Assembly: GCA_902577625.1 (NCBI GenBank)
Contig: CACGZX010000001.1
Location: forward strand, 44,146 to 108,145
DNA length: 64,000 bases
From: an uncultured Pelagibacteraceae bacterium
Lineage (GTDB): Bacteria; Pseudomonadota; Alphaproteobacteria; Pelagibacterales; Pelagibacteraceae
Reading direction: 5' to 3'
Positions 28,617 through 37,667 of the stretch are shown in pieces. Below the pieces are notes generated by a model. It was given only the letters and a program-made list of their open reading frames with translations. It searched no databases and was not told where the DNA came from. Within the stretch, counting starts at the first letter, position 1. Every line of letters starts with the position of its first letter. Both the position numbers and the translations under genes were made by a program.

Positions 28617-29204
28617 CTAAAATACTGAGGTTAATCTATTTAAAGCAAACATTCCAGGGTCGTCTAAATCTTTTGTTTTATCTTCAAACATTCGAGCTCT
28701 ACCAATCTTAATTTTTTTACCTTTAAAATCTTCTAAAGCTTGTTTCGTTGATGATTTAAATACGTCAGAGTAATTTTGGTTATCTTTGAGATTTTTGATT
28801 ATTAAATCTAAGCTATCTGCTATAGTTTTATCTCCAAGATTAGTTTTTCCTCTTTCAAGTATAGTTTTTAATGCAGTTTCAAAGATTGAAACAATATCGT
28901 CATGATTACACTCAGTTTTTCCTTTTAAATTTTTTGAAATGTTCATAAACGAAAAAGCAATTAAAGTGCCAAAACTAGACCCAGATTTTTTAACAAAAGC
29001 TTGAGAACAAATCATAAAATTTGCTCCAATATCATCACTGAATTTACCAATATTATTATTTACTTCTTCTAAACCGTGCAAGATTGTAACACCTAAATCA
29101 CCATCTCCTATTTTTCCATCTGCAGAATTGAAATCATCATAGGAACTTTTTGCTTCTTCCAACAATTTTTTAAAAATATTGGTTAAAACTTTTTTATTAA
29201 GCAT
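28617..29204 (-). CDS. dhaL: Dihydroxyacetone kinase ADP-binding subunit (DAK2 domain)
   Basis: D..IGDGDLG, GSSFGTL, G.T.LGDKT, GRA, DPG. Confidence 0.88.
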   Translation of the reverse strand: MLNKKVLTNIFKKLLEEAKSSYDDFNSADGKIGDGDLGVTILHGLEEVNNNIGKFSDDIGANFMICSQAFVKKSGSSFGTLIAFSFMNISKNLKGKTECNHDDIVSIFETALKTILERGKTNLGDKTIADSLDLIIKNLKDNQNYSDVFKSSTKQALEDFKGKKIKIGRARMFEDKTKDLDDPGMFALNRLTSVF

Positions 29205-30207
29205 TTAATTTTTTAAGATCCTCTGCAATATTTCTTGTAATATTAATCTTTTTATTAAGATTTTTTTTGTATCTTCTTTGTTTGTTTTGACCAGGATACA
29301 AAATTTCTTTTACACCTTTTATTTTAGGTAATCTTTTTATTCTTTTAATATTTTCTTTTATTCTTTCACTATAATTTCCAACAAAAAGATTTGGCTTCAT
29401 AACAAAAAATAAGTGACCAATATTTTGTGGACCTGAAAAATCATCAAAAGGATCTTTTACTTTTCCTCCATGATTTCCACCAGTAAAAACACCACTCAAT
29501 ATATCAACCATCCATGCAAGTCCTGAGCCTCTAAAACCTGCTATTGGCAACTGAACACCTGCTAATGCTTTTTTTGCATCTGTAGTAGGTTTACCCAATT
29601 TATCTAAAGCAACTCCTTTTGGTATTTTTTTTCCATTTCTTGCAGCAACTCTTATTTTACCTCTATTAATTACTGAAACAGATGTATCTAGAATAAAAGG
29701 AACTTTAGATGATGTTGGTGTTCCAAAGCATATTGGATTTGTTCCAAATAAACTTTTTCTCGCTCCATGAGGAGCTATTGCAGGTGGAGCATTTGTGAAA
29801 CAAAAAACAATTAAATTTTTTTTAACAGCTTGTTCTGCGTAATAACCTGATAAACCGTAGTGGCCACTATTCCTAATTCCAACCAATCCTATTCCAGTTT
29901 TTTTTTTGCATTTTTAATTGCTTGCTTTATTCCAATATCAGCAGCTACAAAACCAATACTATTATTAGCATCTATTTGACTTATTGATTGAGAAATTTTT
30001 TTAATTTTAATTTTTGGTTTTGGATTAATGACTTTTTTTTGAATCCTGTCACAGTACATTTTTAATCTCGATAACCCATGAGAATGAGCACCGACTAGTT
30101 CAGCATTTATTAATGCTTTTGAACAAATCGTTGCATGGTTTGTATTTAAACCATTTTTTTTTAAAATTTTTTATTATTATCTGATTTAGTTTTTTTCCAT
30201 TAACCAT
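29197..30207 (-). pseudogene. Ldh2/ComC-family (malate/L-sulfolactate) dehydrogenase, broken by two homopolymer frameshifts (probably sequencing errors)
   Basis: Reconstructed MVNGKKLNQIIIK..NGL..AELVGAHSHGLSRL..IDANNSIG..GIGLVGIRNSGHYG..GTNP; shifts at about 30154-30162 and 29898-29907. Confidence 0.8.
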
Positions 30208-31247
30208 AGTGCATTATGACTTAAAAAATATATCTTACCAGTACTCGGATGTATTTGTATATCTCTTATTCTTCCAATTTTATTCTTGAAAACAATATCT
30301 TCTTTAACATTTTTTCTGTCAGAAAAATCAAGTTTTCTAAGCGACTTATCTTTCAAGGAAGTGATAAGGGCATAACCATTCCATTCTTTGAATTCTTCAC
30401 CTTTGTAAATAGTAATTGCACTCGTTGCAATAGAGGGTACCCAATATTGAATTGCTTTTGTAAAACCTGGTTTCCATTTAGGACCAATTTTTGTACCACT
30501 ATAATTTGTGCCACCCCATCCTAATATTTTCCAACCATAATTTTCTCCTTCTTTAACTTCACCAAACCAATCACCACCTTTAGCACCATGATTACTAATA
30601 TAAATTTTTCCATCAAAGGGTGACAATGTTAATCCTTGAGGATTTCTTACACCAATTTGATAAATCTCAGGAAGCCATTTTTTTTTATCTTTAAATTTTG
30701 GGTTATCATTTGGAATACTTCCATCCAAATGAATTCTAATTATGCTTCCAGGATGTTTTGTTTCATCTTGAGCAATCATACCTTGTCCTCTCTCTCCTAG
30801 TGAAGCGAACAAATAATCATCTTTAATAGCCAGTCTAGACCCAAAGTGATAAGGAGAGTCGATTGGAGGAGAAGCTTGAAAAATATTTTTAAAATCTATT
30901 TTATTTTTATCAAATGATCCTTTAGCTATTGATGTACTTGTTTCCCAATTTTCTCTTTGTTCGGTATAGGATACCCATACAGAATTATTATAAAATATTA
31001 TATCTAAGAGTCCACCTTGACCATAATTTAATACTTTTAAGTCGTGATCTATCTCACTAATATTATTATTAGTTATATTTAATAATTTTATTTTACCTGG
31101 TTTTTCAGTAATTAATAATTCAGTATCACTTATAAAAGTGGAGCCCCAAGGTTCTTCTAATGAAATAATTTTTTTTAGGTCAAATTCTTTAGCTTCAACA
31201 ATTGAAGTTAGATAAAAAAATAAAAATATTAACCTTTTCCACGCCAT
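30186..31247 (-). CDS. Periplasmic PQQ-dependent aldose/sorbosone dehydrogenase family protein
   Basis: Signal peptide, EPW, GQGGLLD, HFGSRL, GERG, GVRNPQG, NYGW, GRIRDI. Confidence 0.9.
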   Translation of the reverse strand: MAWKRLIFLFFYLTSIVEAKEFDLKKIISLEEPWGSTFISDTELLITEKPGKIKLLNITNNNISEIDHDLKVLNYGQGGLLDIIFYNNSVWVSYTEQRENWETSTSIAKGSFDKNKIDFKNIFQASPPIDSPYHFGSRLAIKDDYLFASLGERGQGMIAQDETKHPGSIIRIHLDGSIPNDNPKFKDKKKWLPEIYQIGVRNPQGLTLSPFDGKIYISNHGAKGGDWFGEVKEGENYGWKILGWGGTNYSGTKIGPKWKPGFTKAIQYWVPSIATSAITIYKGEEFKEWNGYALITSLKDKSLRKLDFSDRKNVKEDIVFKNKIGRIRDIQIHPSTGKIYFLSHNALWLMEKN

Positions 31248-33126
31248 GGAATTGTTTTATCTATTATTTTTCTAATTGTAACGTCGAATAATAGTCCCAG
31301 CATTCCCATTACGAATATAGTTATCCAAATAACTTCATATTGCATATATTTTCTTGCGACATTTTCCACAAATCCAATTCCTGAAGTACCAGCTAAAAAT
31401 TCAGCAGCAACTAATGTTCCCCAACACATTCCAACTGCAACTCTTACGCCTGTTAATATTTCGGGCAATGAATTAGGAAATATAACTTCTCTTAATATTT
31501 GCCATCTAGAAGCACCTAATGAATGGGCAGCGTGAATTTTTGAAAGTTGAGTTCCTGACGCACCAGCTCTTGCTGAAATAATCATAATGGAAAATGAAAC
31601 CATGAATAATAAAAATACTTTTCCCAAGTTATCAATTCCAAAAACAGTAATAACTAAAGGAGCCCAAGCAAGAGGGGGAACCGGTCTGTATAATTCAACC
31701 AATGGATCAAAAAATCCTTTAGCAAATCTATTTAGACCCATAAACAGACCTAATGGAACACCTAAAATAATACCAAGTGTAAGTCCTAAAAATACTCTTA
31801 AAAATGAATCCCATATATGTCCTGTTGGAACTGGAATTTTAAATGCTTCAAACTCACCTGTTACAACATCTAAAACTTTACTTTTAAAGTTAGGTTTTAC
31901 CGTTCCGTCAGCACTATGAACTGGATACTTTCCTGGCATAAGATCCGCAATCCAATCAGGTAAAATAAAGCCAACTATTCGATTAACACCCATCATTTCA
32001 TACCAAATCATTGGAATCATTTTAAATCCAACACTTGGTTTTAAAAGGTCACCAAAAAATTCTAAATGTGTCTGAAGGTTTTGGTAGCCATCTTCCTGGG
32101 CCGTCTTCCGCACATGTTGGTCCACTTGCAACAATAGTTCCAGCAGGAAACAAAAACATATCTATATAAATTAAATTTCCTTGCTCATTTTTTTGAACAA
32201 CATCAAATTCTCTAATTGCTTTTTTCCATTTCATCTAAAGCTTTAGGAGGAAAAACACTTTCATATTCAATTCTTTGTCCTAATTTTTTAATTTCCTTGA
32301 TGAAAGTCATTTCTAATTCCTGACTATCTTCTAACCCATCTTTGTAACTTTTAATCTCTGTTCTAATTTCTTCTAACAATCTTAGATATTCTGGATTATG
32401 ATTTCTTAGTGCAAAAAATTCATCACTAATTTTGTTTAATTCTTCAGCTGCAGTATGAAATTTTAATCCTCTTTTGCTTTCTGGAAGAGGAGGGACCTCC
32501 ATTCCTGTTGCACCCCAACCCAGCTGTTTTTTTAAAGCTTCTATTCTTTTATTTTCTTCTTCTATACTTTTAATAGGAGGATAACTTACTTTTTGAAAGT
32601 CTTCAGTTAACCAACTGATCCTAGTTGTTAAATCTTTAATTTTAATTTTTGTTTCTGTTTCTAAAAGCCTTTCATCAGTTAATAAAGGTATAGTTCTTTT
32701 TGTTTTATTAAGTAAATTTACAAATAATTCTTTATCTTGAGCTTTTAAATCTGGTGAATTTTGAATGATTAATATTTTATTTTGAATATTTATATTTTCT
32801 CTTTTGATTAAAGCAGTACTTTTATGTTGTCTTTCTTCTATTGGAAAAAGATATTTAAGTGATAGCAATGATTCATTCACTTTTGCGACCTGACAAAGTT
32901 CATTAGCAGATTTTGGATAAAAAGCTTTAGCTATATCCCACGAATAATAAAGCCATGATAATAAAAGAAAACTTGATCCAACTATAACCCAATGCACGCC
33001 TCCTTTTGCCCTTTCTGGATTTCCAAAAACAGCATCACTTTTTTCTGTTTTTATTAATCTTTGTCCATAAAGAATAGAGCCAATAACAGCAAAAATAATT
33101 AAAAAAGTAAGAATTCCAGTAATCAT
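31229..33126 (-). pseudogene. tauC: Taurine/sulfonate ABC permease with a very long N-terminal extension, split by two +1 homopolymer frameshifts (probably sequencing errors)
   Basis: Three track ORFs join if one base is removed at 32220-32225 and at 32054-32059 (about 631 aa); C-terminus RPVPPLAW, AAHSLGA, LVAAE. Confidence 0.8.
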
Positions 33127-33127
33127 T

Positions 33128-33925
33128 TTAATTTTCTTTACCCATTATTTCTTCTTCCATGTCCCATATCATTGATAAAATTTCTTCTCTTTTTGATACA
33201 AATTCTTTATTGTTTTTAATTTCTCTTAAATCCTCGTTTAAACCCATATTTGCAAAAGGAAGTTTATATTCTTTATGTATTCTTCCTGGTCTAGGAGCCA
33301 TAACATAAACTCTTTCACCTAATAACAATGCTTCTTCAACTGAGTGAGTAATTAGAATAATTGTTTTTCCAGTTTCTTTCCAAATTTTTAAAACAAGGGA
33401 TTGCATTTTTTCTCTAGTTAAAGCATCTAGCGCTCCTAAAGGTTCGTCCATCAATATTAAATCTGGATCATTAATCAAACACCTTGCAAGAGCTACTCTT
33501 TGCTGCATACCTCCTGACAATTGGTAAGTTGGAGTATTTCCAAAACCTTTTAGACCAACTATATCAAGCCATTCTTCAACTTTTTCTGCTGTTTTGGCTG
33601 GATCTTCTTTTTTCATTCGCAAACCAAAGTTTACGTTTTCTGCAACTGTTAACCATTCAAATAAAGCTCCTTGTTGAAAAACCATTCCTCTTTCAACACC
33701 TGGTCCATCTATTTCTTTATCTCCAAGAGTTATATTTCCAGAAGTTGGACGAAGAAAACCAGCTGCAATATTTAATAAAGTCGTTTTTCCACATCCGGAA
33801 GGACCAAGAACAGTTAAAAGCTCACCTTTTTTTAATGTAAAACTTATATCTTTTAAGGCGTGAACAGTTTCTCCTTTTGGAGACTTGAAAATCATATTTA
33901 AGTTCTGAGAAACTAAATCACTCAT
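33128..33925 (-). CDS. tauB: Taurine/sulfonate ABC ATP-binding protein
   Basis: GPSGCGKTT, GPGVERGMVFQ, LSGGMQQR, MDEPLGALDALTRE.MQ. Confidence 0.9.
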   Translation of the reverse strand: MSDLVSQNLNMIFKSPKGETVHALKDISFTLKKGELLTVLGPSGCGKTTLLNIAAGFLRPTSGNITLGDKEIDGPGVERGMVFQQGALFEWLTVAENVNFGLRMKKEDPAKTAEKVEEWLDIVGLKGFGNTPTYQLSGGMQQRVALARCLINDPDLILMDEPLGALDALTREKMQSLVLKIWKETGKTIILITHSVEEALLLGERVYVMAPRPGRIHKEYKLPFANMGLNEDLREIKNNKEFVSKREEILSMIWDMEEEIMGKEN

Positions 33926-33952
33926 AATAAGACTTTATATTAGAATTTTTAT

Positions 33953-33990
33953 AAAAAAAATAGGCACCAATTTAAAAATTGGCGCCTATT
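33953..33990 (-). terminator. Intrinsic terminator/stabilising hairpin between tauA and tauB
   Basis: Minus strand TAGGCGCCAATT...AATTGGTGCCTA then T8; the G-U pair favours the minus strand. Confidence 0.8.
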
Positions 33991-34015
33991 TAATATTCTA
34001 TTTACAACTCTTAGA

Positions 34016-34993
34016 TTACGGAAGGAAACTAGTATCTACTACTTTCGAGTAATCTTTAAGAGCTGGGTTTTCAGATGTAGCAAACATGTTACCCATAACA
34101 CTTAAGTAAGTCATAAGTATTCCACCGTCATTCAGATACTTATTCTTCATAGTTGCTGAATTAGGGAACTCAAATCCACCCATTTGCTTTTTAGTTCCAG
34201 CAAGATCCATAGCTGCATCTTTTGCAATTACGTTCATGTCAGATTTTCCAGCATTATATCTAGCGTTTGCTTCGTGAGTTACTTCAACGAAAGTTCTAAC
34301 CATTCCTGGGTTTTCTTTTAGGAATTTGTTAGTTACTGAAGTAATATCAATACCAGCAATACCAGCATCTTGAGCTTCTTTAACTGTTAGCAATGAAGCA
34401 CCTTTTTCTTTAGCTGCTTTAATAGACTTACCACCGAATAAACATGCCATTGCAACGTCACCGTTAACAAATGCAGCAGATCCATCTTCAGGGTTCATAT
34501 CTACAACTTTCATTTTAGAAATATCAGCTCCTACAACTCTCATTGTTTCTTTGAAAACATAGTCAGCCATAGTTCCCAATGGAACAGCAACTTTTTGACC
34601 ATCTAGTTTTGAAGCAGCATTTCCTTTGTCAATGCCTTTAGCTGCAACACATGTAGTTCCACCCATTCCGTATATAACTGCAATATCAACAAGCTTAATA
34701 GGCGCTTTAGCATTAACTGCATTTACGAATGGTGTTAAACCTTGTGAGTAAGATATATCAATATCTCCAGACAGCATAGCTTCTGTCATCTCACCACCAG
34801 TTGCAAAGTTAGTCCATTTTACAGGCACACCTAAAGCCTTATCAAAAGTTTTTTTAACTTTTGCTTCTTGGTTTGGAGTTGCCCACTCTAAAAAGAATGC
34901 AACTCTTACTTCGTTCGCAGCAGCGTTAGCAACTGAAACTGATAAGTTAAGAGCAACAATAGTTCCTAGAATAAAACTAATTATTTTTCTCAT
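34016..34993 (-). CDS. tauA: Taurine/sulfonate ABC substrate-binding protein
   Basis: Signal peptide, F.TG.EM.EAM.SG.IDI, VAVPLGT; next to tauB/C, aminotransferase and ald. Confidence 0.8.
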   Translation of the reverse strand: MRKIISFILGTIVALNLSVSVANAAANEVRVAFFLEWATPNQEAKVKKTFDKALGVPVKWTNFATGGEMTEAMLSGDIDISYSQGLTPFVNAVNAKAPIKLVDIAVIYGMGGTTCVAAKGIDKGNAASKLDGQKVAVPLGTMADYVFKETMRVVGADISKMKVVDMNPEDGSAAFVNGDVAMACLFGGKSIKAAKEKGASLLTVKEAQDAGIAGIDITSVTNKFLKENPGMVRTFVEVTHEANARYNAGKSDMNVIAKDAAMDLAGTKKQMGGFEFPNSATMKNKYLNDGGILMTYLSVMGNMFATSENPALKDYSKVVDTSFLP

Positions 34994-34997
34994 TTAA

Positions 34998-35140
34998 TCT
35001 CCTGTTTTTTAAATTTAAAAACGTAATTAAAGTGGAAAACAAGAGACTTGTAAATGATAGTTTATATAACCCCTATGCAGAACTAATCATATACAACTAT
35101 TAAGTGTATAGTTTAAATTACGATTTTTATGGAGAGGTTT
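34998..35140 (-). ncRNA. Candidate cis-regulatory RNA in the tauA leader (multi-stem junction plus anti-SD)
   Basis: Four nested or adjacent complementary stems and a 5' UCUCC able to pair with SD GGAGA; folded by eye only. Confidence 0.4.
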
Positions 35141-35194
35141 TAAAAATTAGTCTATGAAATCAGAAAACTAGATTTACAAAAAAAATTAAAAATT

Positions 35195-36541
35195 ATGAGC
35201 TCAGAAAACAAATTTAAAATGCCCAATTCTCTTAATGAGCATTGGATGCCATTTACTTCAAATAAAGATTTTAAAGAAAATCCAAGATTAATAGTAGAGG
35301 CAAAGGGTGTCTATTTAAAAAATCATCAGGGAAAAACTCAAATTGATGCGAGCTCAGGATTATTTTGTAATCCTCTTGGCCACGGTAGAGAAGAAATTAT
35401 TGAAGCAATTACCAAACAATTAAAGACAGTAGACTACGCACAACCATTTCAACAAGGTTTTGGAGGTTCATTTGAACTTGCAACAAAAATATCAAAACAC
35501 ACACCAGGAAATTTAAATAGAATTTTTTATACAATTTGTGGATCAACAGCTGTTGAAACAGCAATTAAAATTTCGGTTGCTTATCATAAAGCACGGGGAG
35601 AAGGTCAAAGATTTAGATTTGTTGGAAGAGAAAGAGCATACCACGGAATGAACATTGGAGCTACTTCAGTAGGAGGTATGGTTAACAATGTTAAAACATT
35701 TGCAAGTGTTTTAATGCCAGGTGTAGTTCACATGAGACATACACATTTACCAGAGCATAAGTTTGTATCAGGACAACCAGAAACTGGAGCAGAACTTGCA
35801 AATGATTTAGAAAGAATTTGTGCAAATTTTGGTGGAGAAAACATAGCAGCTTGCATTGTTGAACCTGTAGCAGGCTCAACAGGAACTCTAGTTCCACCAA
35901 AAGGTTATTTACAAAGATTAAGAGAAATTTGCGATAAACACGGAATATTATTAATTTTTGATGAAGTAATTACAGGTTGGGGAAGAATGGGTTCTCCATT
36001 CGGAGCTCAAGAATTTGGCGTAACACCAGATTTAATGACAATGGCTAAAGCTACAACTAATGGAATTGTTCCAATGGGAGTTGTTGCATGTAAAGAGGAA
36101 ATTTATGATGCAATTATGGATAATGCACCAAAAGGAACAATAGAATTATTTCATGGTTACACTTATTCAGGTATCCCAGTATCAGTAGCAGCAGCACTTG
36201 CTGTCCAAGAAATTTTTGAAAAAGAAGATATATTTAATAGATCAAAAGAAATGGCACCTTATTTTCAAGAAGCAATATTTTCATTGAAAGATATTGATGT
36301 AGTAGAAAATATAAGGGGATATGGAATGATGGCAGGAATTGATATGAAAATGGATAAAAAACCTGGTGTAGCAGGTTTTACATGTTTTAAACATTGTTAT
36401 GATGCAGGAGTAAATTTTAAAGCTACTGGTGATTGTTTAATTATAGCGCCAATGTTTATTTCTGAAAAAAAACATATTGATGAAATAATTGAAAAACTTA
36501 GAACTGGAATAAATAATTACGCAAAATCTAAAAAAAATTAG
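35195..36541 (+). CDS. Class III omega-amino acid--pyruvate aminotransferase (taurine/hypotaurine/beta-alanine type)
   Basis: HWMPFT, GSTAVETA, YHG, EPVAGS, FDEVITGWGR, MAK, HGYTYSG; followed by ald. Confidence 0.88.
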   Translation: MSSENKFKMPNSLNEHWMPFTSNKDFKENPRLIVEAKGVYLKNHQGKTQIDASSGLFCNPLGHGREEIIEAITKQLKTVDYAQPFQQGFGGSFELATKISKHTPGNLNRIFYTICGSTAVETAIKISVAYHKARGEGQRFRFVGRERAYHGMNIGATSVGGMVNNVKTFASVLMPGVVHMRHTHLPEHKFVSGQPETGAELANDLERICANFGGENIAACIVEPVAGSTGTLVPPKGYLQRLREICDKHGILLIFDEVITGWGRMGSPFGAQEFGVTPDLMTMAKATTNGIVPMGVVACKEEIYDAIMDNAPKGTIELFHGYTYSGIPVSVAAALAVQEIFEKEDIFNRSKEMAPYFQEAIFSLKDIDVVENIRGYGMMAGIDMKMDKKPGVAGFTCFKHCYDAGVNFKATGDCLIIAPMFISEKKHIDEIIEKLRTGINNYAKSKKN

Positions 36542-36547
36542 TTCTTT

Positions 36548-37663
36548 ATGAAAATTGGAGTTCCTAAAGAAATTAAACCTCAAGAAAATAGAATTGGACT
36601 CACCCCGGATAGTGTCAAATCTTTAGTTTCAAATGGACACGAAGTTTTAGTTGAAAAGAACGGTGGTTTTGAAGCTGGTTTTGATAATGATCAATACAAA
36701 TCTGTTGGAGCTAAAATATTAGATAAAGCAGAAGATATTTTTAACGATGCAGAAATAATTGTTAAAGTTAAAGAACCTTTATCAAATGAAGTTAAAATGA
36801 TCAGAGAAAATCAAATTGTTTTTACCTATCTTCATTTAGCTGCCGCAAAACAATTAACTCAAGGATTAATTAATTCAAAATCGATTTGTATAGCTTATGA
36901 AACGGTTACTGATAACAATGGAAGATTACCATTACTTGCTCCAATGAGTGCAGTTGCAGGAAGAATGTCGGTACAAGCCGGAGCACATTGTTTAGAAAAA
37001 AATCAAAAAGGAAGAGGATTGTTATTAGGTGGAGCCCCTGGTGTTGAAGCAGGAACAGTAGTAATTCTTGGTGGAGGTGTTGTAGGTGAAAATGCAGCTA
37101 TTATTGCGACAGGTCTTAGAGCGAAAGTTCATGTTGTAGATAAATCTGAAGCTAGATTAAAACAATTAACTGAAATATTTGGAGATAAAATAATTCCACA
37201 ACAAAGTGACAAAATAGATTTAAAAAAATTAGTTGCAGAGGCAGATTTATTAGTAGGTGGAGTATTAATTCCAGGAGCAGAAGCTCCAAAATTAGTAACT
37301 AAAGATATGCTGAAATTAATGAAGCGTGGATCAGTAATTGTTGATGTAGCAATTGATCAAGGTGGATGTGTTGAAACAAGCAAACCAACTACTCATGCTG
37401 ATCCTACTTATATTGTTGATGAAGTTGTTCATTATTGTGTTGCTAATATGCCTGGAGGAGTACCAAGAACGTCAACTATAGCATTAAATAAGGCTACACT
37501 TCCTTTTTTAAGCAAACTTGCTAACAACGGCTACCAAAAAGCCTTAAAAGAAGATAAGAATTTTCTTGAAGGGTTAAATGTTTATAAAGGCCAGGTTACT
37601 TATAAAGCTGTTGCCGATGCTTTTGGTCACTCTTTTGTATCTTCTGCGGAAGCTATAAAATAG
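36548..37663 (+). CDS. ald: Alanine dehydrogenase
   Basis: IGVPKEIK, PLLAPMSAVAGR, GGGVVG, DVAIDQGGC, VANMPG. Confidence 0.96.
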   Translation: MKIGVPKEIKPQENRIGLTPDSVKSLVSNGHEVLVEKNGGFEAGFDNDQYKSVGAKILDKAEDIFNDAEIIVKVKEPLSNEVKMIRENQIVFTYLHLAAAKQLTQGLINSKSICIAYETVTDNNGRLPLLAPMSAVAGRMSVQAGAHCLEKNQKGRGLLLGGAPGVEAGTVVILGGGVVGENAAIIATGLRAKVHVVDKSEARLKQLTEIFGDKIIPQQSDKIDLKKLVAEADLLVGGVLIPGAEAPKLVTKDMLKLMKRGSVIVDVAIDQGGCVETSKPTTHADPTYIVDEVVHYCVANMPGGVPRTSTIALNKATLPFLSKLANNGYQKALKEDKNFLEGLNVYKGQVTYKAVADAFGHSFVSSAEAIK

Positions 37664-37667
37664 AAAA

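Noticed and set aside
29898-32225. Programmed ribosomal frameshifting in the ComC-like gene and tauC
   Set aside because: Two shifts per gene would be needed, all lie in plain homopolymers, and I saw no stimulatory structure
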